From: an uncultured bacterium
GTDB lineage: Bacteria; Deinococcota; Deinococci; Deinococcales; Trueperaceae
Assembly (NCBI GenBank): GCA_964398985.1
Contig: CAYNOS010000009.1
Location: 43-64,042 of the forward strand
Direction: 5' to 3'
DNA length: 64,000 bases
Shown here: piece after piece, positions 46,730 through 56,090 of the stretch
Position numbering within the stretch: position 1 is the stretch's first letter
Layout: every line of letters starts with the position of its first letter
Notes under the pieces: model-generated
Seen by the model: the letters and a program-made list of their open reading frames with translations, nothing else
The model's database searches: none
What the model was told of the DNA's origin: nothing
Translations under genes and position numbers: made by a program

Positions 46730-48337
46730 TCACGGCCCGGCGGCGCGTCTGATCATGTAGGCGCCGGGCCTGATCTGGTTGAAGCGGTCGCGGTCCTCTG
46801 ACAGCCGCTCCATCGCCCTCTCGGCCAACGCCAGCTCCAGGCCGAGTTCGTTCGCGAGCGTCACCGTCTGCACTATCGCCGGAGTCTGGGGCCGCAACAG
46901 ATACTTGTTGATCTGAGGCAGCACGTCGTCGACACGCAGTGGCTGATCCGAGGACACGCTGATGGTCTCCGTCTGCTCGCCGGCGTCCGCGGACCGCAGC
47001 GGAGCGACCCTGACTTCGCCGCGGGCGAGCGCCTCGCTGACCGGGTCAGCTGGTCTCGTGGCACTCCGGTCGCCCGTGGTCGCACGCGTCGGAACGTCTT
47101 CCGCCGGAACCGTCAGCGGGGTGACCTCGCGCTGCACAGGGCGAGCTGGAGTGTTGCCGCGCGCGGCTTTCCGCCACAGCGCCGAGGGCCGCACATCCGC
47201 TGGCCGCTCCTGAGGGTCCTGCAGGAACGCTTCGAACGCCTGATGCTCGTGGTGCGACGCAGCCGCAGAACCCACAGACACAGCTTCAGCGACAGGACTT
47301 TCGACGGGCGCCGACGGATTGACCGGGAGTTGAGCGGCCTTGGCCGATGCGGCCGGCAGCTCTTGTGGCGAGACCGACTCCTCAGCCGCCAAAACCAAGG
47401 CTGGCTGCTCGGAAACCGCTTCGCGCGGAATGAAGTCCTCCTCGGTGATCTGCTCAGGTGCACCCTGGCCAACCGGTCGCGCTGCACCGCGATCGGACCA
47501 GAAGCGGACACCGAAGCGCGCCAGAAGGGGGCTTGGGGTGCGGCGCGCCGCCGCCTGATCGGCGACTACGGCAGCGGAGCTCCCGCGAACCTCGACCGGC
47601 AGGCTGGGCCGGCCGCCGCCATCGCGCGGCGCTGCGATCGCCTCCGGGGCAGCAGTGTCGGCCGACACCACGACATCCTCGGTGGTTACGGCGTGGTTAG
47701 TGCTGCCTCGTCCGCGGTGGACGACTCGCACGTTCGTGAGCCGGTCGGCTTCCGTGGCGCCCGGCTTGACTGACTCTCGCGAGACGCTGTCGAGCGGCGC
47801 CCACGCGTTGGTCGAACCTCTGGCCTGTCGCTGCGCGTCCGGCTGCATCTCCGCTTCGTCGGTCCGTTCGGAGGGCTGCGCAGCGATGCGCACCTTGCGC
47901 ACGGCCCTGACCACCGGTGAGGATTCCTCGTACGTGACCGTCACGGGCGCGGCACCCGCTGGCCTCCTGGCCTCAGCGCGACCCGCTGCCTGGGGGTGGC
48001 TGGCTTCGTTCGACTTGGGGCGCTCGCGGCGTTCGGCGACGAGCTTGAGGCTCGGAACGCCGTTGCTGGAGCCTTCGAACGACATCCGCAATCGGTCATT
48101 GGCTCGCAGACCCTGCGTCTCGAAGAACTGCTTCAGCCCCGCAAGGGTTCGCGGTCTACTGAAAGCCAGTTCCACCTCTCCCCCACCGGCGAGAGCCTTG
48201 ACAGGTCCTTCTTCGAAGTAGCCGACGATCTTGGCAGGCAGTTGCAGAGCGCCCGTGCGGACGCAGACTGAGGTCAAGTCGAGGACGAACTCGTTCACTT
48301 CAAACACCACCCAACCCTCGAGCAAAGGGCTATACAT
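46730..48337 (-). CDS. Hypothetical protein: small N-terminal beta-rich domain, ~380-aa low-complexity linker, C-terminal wHTH-like domain
   Basis: Long ORF with a coding-like composition. I prefer the ATG at 48337 (MYSPLLEGW...). I recognised no catalytic motif. Confidence 0.5.
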   Translation of the reverse strand: MYSPLLEGWVVFEVNEFVLDLTSVCVRTGALQLPAKIVGYFEEGPVKALAGGGEVELAFSRPRTLAGLKQFFETQGLRANDRLRMSFEGSSNGVPSLKLVAERRERPKSNEASHPQAAGRAEARRPAGAAPVTVTYEESSPVVRAVRKVRIAAQPSERTDEAEMQPDAQRQARGSTNAWAPLDSVSRESVKPGATEADRLTNVRVVHRGRGSTNHAVTTEDVVVSADTAAPEAIAAPRDGGGRPSLPVEVRGSSAAVVADQAAARRTPSPLLARFGVRFWSDRGAARPVGQGAPEQITEEDFIPREAVSEQPALVLAAEESVSPQELPAASAKAAQLPVNPSAPVESPVAEAVSVGSAAASHHEHQAFEAFLQDPQERPADVRPSALWRKAARGNTPARPVQREVTPLTVPAEDVPTRATTGDRSATRPADPVSEALARGEVRVAPLRSADAGEQTETISVSSDQPLRVDDVLPQINKYLLRPQTPAIVQTVTLANELGLELALAERAMERLSEDRDRFNQIRPGAYMIRRAAGP

Positions 48338-48477
48338 CCCGGTCTGCCTTGCATTGCTACACAATGTCACATCTGAGCCGCGGGTGGGTCAAGTCAGCTC
48401 GTTAGCAGCGCGATCTTCTGGGACGGCCGGCCACATTGTGGCGTTGCATCACTATATGCGTCGTTGCTCCGGACCGC

Positions 48478-48873
48478 TCACGGACCGACGAATACCAGCA
48501 CGCCGCGCACCAAGGCGTTGCCGCCTTCCGAGAGGTAGACCTGGAGTTCCCCGTAGTTCCCGGTTTCGAACCGCAGGGTCACGGACCAGACACCGTTCGC
48601 CGCGCGCCAACCATCGGTTGAGAGGCCGGCCGACCGGTAGTCGTCAATGACCTCCTCGAGTTGCGTGGCGAGATAGGAGGGACCCGCGAGCGTCACAGTG
48701 AAGCAGACGTCGAACGACGCGATCGCCCCAACGCATTCGGCGACCTCCGCGCCAAACGCAGTCAGAAGGTCGTTGGCTACGACTCCATAAGGAGTGGCAA
48801 GTAGCCGGTCCTTCGCGTGTGCGCCCGGAAGCCACAGGCTCAGCGCGGTCAAGAGGGTGAGGCAGCGTCGCAA
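48478..48873 (-). CDS. Hypothetical small secreted protein
   Basis: Signal peptide MRRCLTLLTALSLWLPGAHA. 131 aa. Confidence 0.5.
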   Translation of the reverse strand: MRRCLTLLTALSLWLPGAHAKDRLLATPYGVVANDLLTAFGAEVAECVGAIASFDVCFTVTLAGPSYLATQLEEVIDDYRSAGLSTDGWRAANGVWSVTLRFETGNYGELQVYLSEGGNALVRGVLVFVGP

Positions 48874-48971
48874 GCGGGGGGAACCTCGCGTTCACCAGAT
48901 GCTAACAGCCCGTCCGGCCACCTGGCACGTTGCCCCGCCGGCCGGCCCCAAACCGGTCCTGACACGAGCAA

Positions 48972-49943
48972 GTGGTAGCGTCTGGAATGCCGCAGGCAAC
49001 GTCCGGTGAGGGTGAAACTGCGCTCCTCGAAGAAGGAAACTTGGAGGAGGCTCGCAGGCTACTCGAGAGCAGTGGGCGCTACCGGGTCCTGGAGAGGTTG
49101 GACAAGCCCACGACCTTCGCGCCCGGCATCGAGCCCACGCCTCCGCTGTTCACCGGGCTCTACCTGGACGTCGAGACCACAGGCATCGACAGCGCAGATC
49201 AGATCATCCAGCTCGGGTGTCTCGAGTTCGAGTACGACGCCGCCGGCAGAATCCATGCCGTCCTCGATGAGATCGACGAGTACGAGGATCCTGGCCGGCC
49301 GATCCCCCCAGAGATCACACGTCTCACGGGCATCACGGACGCGGATGTGGCGGGCAAGAGGATCGACGAAGACAGGGTCGGTTCCGCCTTGCAGCGCGCG
49401 AACCTCGTGATCGCGCACAACGCGTCCTTCGACAGGCCATTCGTCGAGCGGCGCCTGCCTGACTTCGAGAACGCGTACTGGGCCTGTTCGATCAGCGATG
49501 TCGACTGGCGCTCGGAGGGCTTCGCCAGCAGCAAGCTGGAGTGGCTGGCCTACCAGCACGGGTTCTTCTTCGAGGGACACAGGGCCACCATCGACTGCCT
49601 GGCGGGTGTGCGACTGCTTGCGCTCGAGTTGCCAAAGAGCGGACAGACCGCCATGGCCAAGCTTCGGTCCTGCGCCCAGAAGCGCACCGTGCGGCTCTGG
49701 GCGGTGGGCTCTTCGTTCGACAGCAAGGAGGCCCTGCGCCGACGTGGCTACCGTTGGAACGCAGAAGGCAAGGTGTGGTGGCGCGATCTGACGGCCGACG
49801 ACCACGAGGCCGAACTCGAGTGGTTGAGCGCCAACGCCTACGGCGGCCGCCGCCGGCCCCTCCCCTACTTCGGCTACGACGCCAAGCTCCGCTACTCCGC
49901 CCGCGTGCCGCTCGGGTACTCGCCCACCACGGACGTCCGCTAG
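48972..49943 (+). CDS. DEDDh 3'-5' exonuclease with a C-terminal Trp/Arg-rich extension
   Basis: Exo motifs LYLDVETTG, AHNASFDRPF and HRATIDC. C-terminal RRGYRWNAEGKVWWRDL. The start is likely a downstream Met (MPQATSG). Confidence 0.75.
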   Translation: MVASGMPQATSGEGETALLEEGNLEEARRLLESSGRYRVLERLDKPTTFAPGIEPTPPLFTGLYLDVETTGIDSADQIIQLGCLEFEYDAAGRIHAVLDEIDEYEDPGRPIPPEITRLTGITDADVAGKRIDEDRVGSALQRANLVIAHNASFDRPFVERRLPDFENAYWACSISDVDWRSEGFASSKLEWLAYQHGFFFEGHRATIDCLAGVRLLALELPKSGQTAMAKLRSCAQKRTVRLWAVGSSFDSKEALRRRGYRWNAEGKVWWRDLTADDHEAELEWLSANAYGGRRRPLPYFGYDAKLRYSARVPLGYSPTTDVR

Positions 49944-50024
49944 CTTCCTCGAACCCCCGCCATAGCGATATTGCGTGCGCTACTGCGCAAGCAGCGCCTC
50001 GAGAGGCCGTACCCCAGACGGCCG

Positions 50025-51767
50025 TCAGGTCTTCGCGAGGGCTCTCTTCAGCGATGCCAACGGCAGCGTATTGAGCACCTCGGAAGGCTCGATCCAGGCA
50101 CGCCGCGCCTGCGAGACCCCCAACTCCATGGCGGCGAGCCCGCGGACCGAATGAGCGTCGGTTCCGATGGCTATCACCGCCCCGGCCCGCCTTGCGATCT
50201 CGAGGTTCTCGACGCTCAGATCGAGGCGCTTCCCGGCGGCGTTGAGCTCGACGCACACTCGGTTGGCGACGCACGCCAGCAGCACCGCCTCGAGATCGAC
50301 ATCGATCGGATCCCGCGCACCGATCAACCGGGCCGTCGGATGGGCGAGCACGTTCACTTGTGGGTGCGAGACCGCGCGGATGATCCTCGCCGTCTGCTCC
50401 TCACGGCTGAGGTCCTGATGCGCATGTACGCTGACGATGACCAGGTCGAGGCGCTCCAACCACTCCTCCGGCAGATCGAGCGAGCCATCCTTCAGAATGT
50501 CCACCTCTAAACCCCTGAGCACGGTGATGCCCTCGACCTCGGCCGTCACTGCGTCGATCTCAAGCTGTTGCCGCTCGAGCTTGGCCGCGTCGAGCCCTCC
50601 CAGGAACGCTTGGCTGGCGCTGTGGTCGGTGATCGCGACGTACTCGTAACCCCTGGCTCGGGCAGCCAGCACCATGTCGCGGATCGAGTCGCGTCCATCC
50701 GACCAGGTGCTGTGCATGTGAAGGTCACCCCGGATGTCCGCGAGTTCGATCAGCGACGGGAGATTGCGCGCCGCCGCTGCTTCGATCTCACCTCGTCCCT
50801 CGCGCAGCTCGGGAGGGATGAATGCCAAGTCGAGCAGGCCGTAGATCTCCTCCTCGCTGGCACCGCCCAAGCGCCTGCCGCCCGCCCTCTCACGGCCCGG
50901 CGCACCACCCTCGAAGAGACCGTACTCGTTGAGGTGCCAGCCTCTCTCCAGTGCTCGCTGACGCAGGGCGACTCCGTGCTCCTTGGAACCCGTGAAGTAG
51001 AGCAGCGCAGCACCGAAGCTCTCCGGAGCGACGACGCGCAAGTCGACCTGCAGCCCGTTGCCGAGCACCACCGACGTCTTGGTCTCGCCGCTGCCCAGCA
51101 CCTCCCGCACGTCCGGCCAACTGGTCAGTGCCTCTGACACCGGCGCGCCGTCGAGCGTTGCCGCGATCAGGTCGATGTCACCGACGCTCTCACGCCGCCT
51201 GCGGTAGGAGCCGGCGACCTCCAGCCGCGCTACCGACGGGGCCGCCCGGAGCCGCGCCAGCAGCGGCTGAAGGACGCCATCGACCTCCGACAATCGCAGC
51301 CGCCCCACGTTGCGCCTGAAGCTCTCGATCCCCTTCAGGATCCGCTGCTCGGTCTTCTCTCCGAACCCGGCCAGTCCCGCGACCCGACCCGCGATCGCTG
51401 CCGTCTCGAGGTCATCGACCGTAGCCACGGCGAGCCCCTCCCACAGGGCCCGCGCCTGCTTCGCTCCCACGCCCTTGATCTGCGTGAGCTCGAGGAGGCC
51501 CTCAGGAACCCTCTCGCGCAACGCCGCCAGCTGGGGCAATGTCCCGGTCTCGACTAGTACCTCGAGCTTCCTGGCGATCTCCTTGCCGATGCCCTTGATG
51601 GCCGTCAGATCGTGGCCTGCCGCCAGCAGCACAGAAACCTGATCATCGAGAGCGCTGACGGTGCCGGCGGCGTTGCGGTAGGCCCGCACGCTGAACGGGT
51701 TCGCGCCGTCAAGCTCGGACAAGTCGGCCAGCAAGAGCAGGTGGCGCGCCAGTTCGGCGTTCGTCAC
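50025..51767 (-). CDS. polX: Family X DNA polymerase with PHP domain (PolX)
   Basis: N-terminal HhH/Pol-beta-like region ([10 protein letters not shown] ... [15 protein letters not shown]) and C-terminal PHP ([11 protein letters not shown]). The GTG start overlaps the ligA TGA as GTGA. Confidence 0.9.
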   Translation of the reverse strand: MTNAELARHLLLLADLSELDGANPFSVRAYRNAAGTVSALDDQVSVLLAAGHDLTAIKGIGKEIARKLEVLVETGTLPQLAALRERVPEGLLELTQIKGVGAKQARALWEGLAVATVDDLETAAIAGRVAGLAGFGEKTEQRILKGIESFRRNVGRLRLSEVDGVLQPLLARLRAAPSVARLEVAGSYRRRRESVGDIDLIAATLDGAPVSEALTSWPDVREVLGSGETKTSVVLGNGLQVDLRVVAPESFGAALLYFTGSKEHGVALRQRALERGWHLNEYGLFEGGAPGRERAGGRRLGGASEEEIYGLLDLAFIPPELREGRGEIEAAAARNLPSLIELADIRGDLHMHSTWSDGRDSIRDMVLAARARGYEYVAITDHSASQAFLGGLDAAKLERQQLEIDAVTAEVEGITVLRGLEVDILKDGSLDLPEEWLERLDLVIVSVHAHQDLSREEQTARIIRAVSHPQVNVLAHPTARLIGARDPIDVDLEAVLLACVANRVCVELNAAGKRLDLSVENLEIARRAGAVIAIGTDAHSVRGLAAMELGVSQARRAWIEPSEVLNTLPLASLKRALAKT

Positions 51768-53797
51768 GACGCCTCCGCCCGCTGCGCGACCAGCGCGAGG
51801 TACTCCTCCTCGCTCAGGACCTCGACGCCCAGCTCCTCGGCTCTCGTCAGCTTCGATCCCGCCCCTGGTCCCGCGACGAGGTAACTCGTCTGTCGACTCA
51901 CGGAACCTGACGCCTTCCCGCCGAGTCCCCTCACTTGCTCCTCGGCCTCTCCCCTGCTCATGGTCTCGAGCGACCCGGTGAACACGAACGTCATGCCCTC
52001 GAAGGGCGCGGCGGCCCCCGCCCCCGGTTCCTGCCGCTCGGCACTCAGGGGACGCAGTCGACCAGCGAGGAGCCGATCGAAGGCGGCGGCGTTGGCCGGT
52101 TCGGCGAAGAAGCCGCTGATCTGTTCGGCCATCACCCTGCCGATGCCCTCAACCTGCATCAGCTCGTCGACGCTGGCGGCCCGAACACTCTCGATGTCGC
52201 CGAAGTGCGCAGCGAGGCTCCTGGCGACCGCACTGCCGACCTCCGGCACCCCGAGTGCGAACAGCAGCCGCGGCAGTTCCGGTTGCGACGAGGCGGCGAT
52301 GGCAGCCACCAGTTTGGCTGCCGACTTCTCTGCGAAGCCTTCGAGCCCAGCGACCTGCTCCTGAGTGAGGTCGAACAGATCGGCAGGCTCGCTGATCAAG
52401 CCGGTCTCGACCAGCTGCCTGACCGTGCGTTCGCCAAGGCCTTCTATGTCGAGGCCGCCGCGGCTCCCGAAGTGCGTCAGGCGTCCCACCAGTTGTGCAG
52501 GGCACCCGAAGCTGTTCGGGCACACGGTGTAGGGCCCGCGGCGAGCCAACGCGGTGCCGCAACTGGGGCACACGGTCGGCATGGCGAAAGGCGCCCCTCT
52601 GTGCGCCGCCGTCTCGATGACTTCGACCACCTGGGGAATGACGTCCCCGGCGCGCTCGACGCGCACCTCATCGCCCTCGCGAATGTCCTTGCGTTCGATG
52701 TCGTCGACGTTGTGCAGGTTGGCTCGACTGACAGTGACTCCGCCGATGTTGACGGGGCGCATCAGCGCAATGGGAGTCACCACCCCGGTGCGTCCGACGC
52801 TGGGGACGATCTTCAGTACCTGCGTGATCTCCTTGCGCGGCTTGAACTTGAGCGCATACGCCCACCGCGGATGGTGCGACGTGGTCCCCAGGCGCTCCCT
52901 GGCCGCGATGGCGTCCAGCTTGACCACGACGCCGTCGATCTCGTAAGGCAGTTCGTCGCGCTGTGCCTCGATCTTCCCGAAGTACTCGAGGATGCCTTCA
53001 ACGTCGGTCGTGGTCTCGTTGAGCCGGTTGACCGGCAGTCCCCAGTCGGCGAGAGCGCTCAGCAGTTCGCCCTGCGAGTCGAACTCCTCCCCGCCGGCCA
53101 GCAGGTCGTAGCAGTAGAGGCGCAGCGGCCGCATGGCCGTGAGCCGAACGTCCTGCTGCCTGATCGTTCCCGCCGCGGCGTTGCGTGGGTTCGCAAACGG
53201 CTCCTTGCCTTCGTTGAGCTGCTCGGCGTTGATGTTCTCGAAAGCGCTCAGCGGCAGGTAGATCTCACCGCGCAACGCGACCTCTTCTGGAACGGCACGG
53301 TGCGTGTCGTGAAGGCGCAGCGGGAGCGAGCGGATCGTCCGCACGCCGGCGGTGATGACCTCCCCCACCAACCCGTCACCGCGTGTCACGGCACGCTCCA
53401 GGACGCCGCGTGAGTAGACGAGTTCCACGCTCAGCCCATCGATCTTCGGCTCCAGAGAGTAGGCGACCGTCGTGCCCTCTCCCAGGCCACGACGCACCCG
53501 CCTGTCGAATGCGACAACGTCCTCTTCCCTGGCGCTCGAGTCGAGGCTCAGCATCGGCGCAGCATGGCGTGCCGTGACGACTCCCGAAGCGGGGGCACCG
53601 CCGACTCGTTGCGTGGGTGAGTCCGCGGTTACGAGCGCAGGAAAGCGGTCCTCGAGATCCCGAAGCTCGCGAACCAGTTCGTCATAGAGCTCGTCGGAGA
53701 CCTCGGGGTCGTCGAGAACGTGGTAGCGGTGATCATGGCGTCTGATCTCTCGCCGAAGCGTCTCCAAGCGAGCTGTGGCTGCCTTGAGATCGTCCAC
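51764..53797 (-). CDS. ligA: NAD-dependent DNA ligase
   Basis: Adenylation motif EPKIDGLS, zinc finger CPSCGTALARRGPYTVCPN, HhH repeats and a C-terminal BRCT (FVFTGSL). Confidence 0.95.
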   Translation of the reverse strand: MDDLKAATARLETLRREIRRHDHRYHVLDDPEVSDELYDELVRELRDLEDRFPALVTADSPTQRVGGAPASGVVTARHAAPMLSLDSSAREEDVVAFDRRVRRGLGEGTTVAYSLEPKIDGLSVELVYSRGVLERAVTRGDGLVGEVITAGVRTIRSLPLRLHDTHRAVPEEVALRGEIYLPLSAFENINAEQLNEGKEPFANPRNAAAGTIRQQDVRLTAMRPLRLYCYDLLAGGEEFDSQGELLSALADWGLPVNRLNETTTDVEGILEYFGKIEAQRDELPYEIDGVVVKLDAIAARERLGTTSHHPRWAYALKFKPRKEITQVLKIVPSVGRTGVVTPIALMRPVNIGGVTVSRANLHNVDDIERKDIREGDEVRVERAGDVIPQVVEVIETAAHRGAPFAMPTVCPSCGTALARRGPYTVCPNSFGCPAQLVGRLTHFGSRGGLDIEGLGERTVRQLVETGLISEPADLFDLTQEQVAGLEGFAEKSAAKLVAAIAASSQPELPRLLFALGVPEVGSAVARSLAAHFGDIESVRAASVDELMQVEGIGRVMAEQISGFFAEPANAAAFDRLLAGRLRPLSAERQEPGAGAAAPFEGMTFVFTGSLETMSRGEAEEQVRGLGGKASGSVSRQTSYLVAGPGAGSKLTRAEELGVEVLSEEEYLALVAQRAEAS

Positions 53798-53887
53798 CCG
53801 ACCATCCTAAGCATGCGAACACCAAAGAGCCTGACCGCCAGAGCGTTGGTGCCGACCGTCTGTCGAGGCTGGTGGGCGGTGACCCAG

Positions 53888-54163
53888 TCAGCGGAGCTTG
53901 GGGGACCTCTTGAGCGGAGTAGTGGCAGCGCGTTGGGCTGCGAACTGCATGGGCTCGTAGCGGCGCTCTCGCTTGACCACCGCGGGCGCCGCTGGCGACA
54001 AGCGCAGCCGTCCCCGGTTGAGGCTGCGTTCGGTGCGCTCCTGCAGCCCGCTCCCGGAGGTCTCAACAGACGCGTCCAGGCGGTCCTCCAAGAACACCAA
54101 TAGCGAGCCTACGGCGATGATGGCTCCGAAACTGCCGGCGAGGATCAACAGGGTGTGCGCCAC
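53888..54163 (-). CDS. Hypothetical small membrane protein
   Basis: One N-terminal TM helix (LLILAGSFGAIIAVGSLLVFL) followed by a basic tail. It lies between rep and ligA on the same strand. Confidence 0.35.
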   Translation of the reverse strand: MAHTLLILAGSFGAIIAVGSLLVFLEDRLDASVETSGSGLQERTERSLNRGRLRLSPAAPAVVKRERRYEPMQFAAQRAATTPLKRSPKLR

Positions 54164-54229
54164 GGATGAAGCCTACCTAAGTATTTGAGGTAGCCGTGTG
54201 TACTGGTTTACACCCGCGTCTCGGTCCGG

Positions 54230-55741
54230 CTAGACAGTGTCCTTGAGCTCGGCGACGATCTGCTCAGCGATGTCCTTCGGGTACTCGGCCAAGAGGTCGA
54301 AGGTGGCGAGGTAGTTGGCGATGTCTTGCAGATGCGTCGGCAGCGACGCGAAGCCGTGGCTCAGCATCACTTCGAGGCGACTCGACTCGTAGAGCGGGCC
54401 CTGCCAACCGTCGGAGTTGAGTCGGTCGAGGGTGAAGCGGTGGAGCGTGGCGTTCATCAACGTATGAACCAGCTCGCGGTTCTCGTTGTTGAGCTCCTCC
54501 CATGCCGTCTGCACCCTCTGCCGGCGGCTATGGTGGAAGCTGTCGGCGAACGAGGTCGCGATGCTCCGCACCTCGTCCCGACTCAGGCCCTCGCGCTCTG
54601 CCTCTTCGGGTTCGCGAGGGGGTTCGACGCCCTGCTGCAGCAAGCTGTTCACGAAACCGGCGACATTGTAGATGGGTCTGCCGGCCGACTCGGACTTCGC
54701 CTGCAGTCTGCGAGCGTAAGCGACGATCTCAAGCACTCGCTGCGCCCCGTACCTCTGAATCGTGCGCTCGGCGTCCTGGGTCCAGCCGATCTCACGGAGT
54801 GCATCCAGCGCCTGTAGCTCCTTCAACAGCTGTTCCTTGTCGGCATCGCGCTGGACGCGGCGCGCCAGGCTCTCGGGCAGGCGCACGCGAGGCTGAAAGA
54901 CCTCGTTCTTGAAGATGCTGAAGGTCACGCGCTGGTACTTGCGGCCCACCTTCTTTGCAACGTAGTCGAAACCCAAGCTGGTGTAGCGGGAGAACTCGTC
55001 TTGAGCGCGATCGAGCACGTAGCGGAAATCCTTGAAGCGTTCGTACTTTCCGTCCAGGCCGAGGCGCAGTTTGAGGTCGTCGACGTCGAAGGTCAACTCG
55101 CTGCGTTCACCGGCGTAGCTGGCCGTATACAGCACTTCGAAGAGCCTCATGCTGTTGAAACTCTCGAAACTCAGCAGCTGCTCGGTCGGGATGATGCTGA
55201 AGTCGCGGCGCAGCTGGATCAGGTAGGGCTTGAGCTTGTCATGGATCTTCAGCTCGATGCACGCCATCTGGTCCCTGCTGTCGCGACCGTTCTCGTAACG
55301 CGCTTCCGAGACCCACTGAAACATCACCCAGTCGCCGTTCGGCTCCTTGACCTGCACAGTCTGTTCGAGCAACTCGCGCGCCGACTCCTCGATACGCGAG
55401 TAGATGCTCTTGCCCGTGATGTTGAACAGCTGGGAGTACTCCCATGCCGTGATCCGTATCGGCTCGATCGTAAGATCGTCCTTGGTGATGTCAGAGAGCG
55501 CAAGCACCAGCAACCGCTTGGTGAGGATCCCCATGTCTTGGCGACTCAAGGCCAGGGTGTTGGCCTGCGTAACGGCGAGCTTGGTCCCGCTACGACGCTC
55601 GCTGCCCCGCTTGGCCTGCCTCGGCCGCCCGCGACCACGACCGCCAGCACGCGGTCCCTTGCCCAGCGGCTCGATCAGCACCTCTCCCCTGCCCTCTTCG
55701 GCCCCACTTGCCGTCATCGCCCCGCCTCGCCCTCCGGACAC
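54230..55741 (-). CDS. Plasmid-type replication initiator (Rep_3/RepB-like)
   Basis: The core (VTQANTLALSRQDMGILTKRLLVLAL ... FESFNSMRLFEVL ... LRLGLDGKYERFKDFRYVL) resembles iteron-binding Rep_3 initiators. The gene has a GTG start and sits next to iterons and parAB. Confidence 0.75.
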   Translation of the reverse strand: MSGGRGGAMTASGAEEGRGEVLIEPLGKGPRAGGRGRGRPRQAKRGSERRSGTKLAVTQANTLALSRQDMGILTKRLLVLALSDITKDDLTIEPIRITAWEYSQLFNITGKSIYSRIEESARELLEQTVQVKEPNGDWVMFQWVSEARYENGRDSRDQMACIELKIHDKLKPYLIQLRRDFSIIPTEQLLSFESFNSMRLFEVLYTASYAGERSELTFDVDDLKLRLGLDGKYERFKDFRYVLDRAQDEFSRYTSLGFDYVAKKVGRKYQRVTFSIFKNEVFQPRVRLPESLARRVQRDADKEQLLKELQALDALREIGWTQDAERTIQRYGAQRVLEIVAYARRLQAKSESAGRPIYNVAGFVNSLLQQGVEPPREPEEAEREGLSRDEVRSIATSFADSFHHSRRQRVQTAWEELNNENRELVHTLMNATLHRFTLDRLNSDGWQGPLYESSRLEVMLSHGFASLPTHLQDIANYLATFDLLAEYPKDIAEQIVAELKDTV

Positions 55742-55758
55742 GCTCTCAGCCCGAAGCG

Positions 55759-55788
55759 ACTGTACCCGTGCAGGGGAATCCAGGTCAA
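55759..55788 (-). promoter_or_regulatory. Predicted rep promoter
   Basis: Minus strand reads TTGACC (55783-55788), an 18-nt spacer, then TACAGT (55759-55764). A partial iteron (55792-55807) abuts the -35. Confidence 0.4.
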
Positions 55789-55830
55789 CTATTCCCCTTT
55801 TTCTCCCACTATGAGGGGGTGGCGCGTTAA

Positions 55831-55961
55831 GTCCCCCCGGTTCCCCGCCTGAGTCCCCCTGCGTTCCCGCTTGGTCCCCCTCCCTTCCCAGCCAGTCCCC
55901 GCTCCTTTCCCGACTCGGTTCCCCATCTCACCCCCTACGGTCCCTCTACTTCCCCAGCTTC
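55831..55961 (+). repeat. Six tandem 21-23 bp iterons (GTCCCCnnnn(G)TTCCCnnnnnn), i.e. 12 half-units phased at ~10.8 bp
   Basis: Unit starts are 55831, 55853, 55874, 55895, 55918 and 55940. T-CCC cores recur every 10-12 bp. Confidence 0.8.
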
Positions 55962-55995
55962 CTTCCTCCAAGCGCGTGCTGGACGGCCTTCGCAT

Positions 55996-56046
55996 GCTCT
56001 CTAAAGTAGAATGGAATAGAACTGAAGAATAGACAGCAATCACTTG
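55996..56046. other. AT-rich segment, candidate DNA-unwinding element of the origin
   Basis: ctctaaagtagaatggaatagaactgaagaatagacagcaatcac. It is flanked by iterons on both sides, and the GAATAGA motif is repeated within it. Confidence 0.55.
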
Positions 56047-56090
56047 CTGTTGACTGGAGATCAAGGTGAGCCGTCCTCTGACGCCAGCGA

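Noticed and set aside
43547-49943. Prophage hypothesis for the recombinase-adjacent block.
   Set aside because: There are no capsid, terminase, tail, portal, lysis or phage-repressor signatures, and I could identify no flanking direct repeats by eye. A plasmid or chromid accessory region fits better.
55831-55961. Could the regularly spaced repeats be a CRISPR array or a tandem-repeat coding region?
   Set aside because: The units are only ~11 or ~22 bp with no unique spacers, no cas genes are nearby, and the only ORFs across the region are short Pro/Ser-rich shadows. The position between rep and parA fits iterons.
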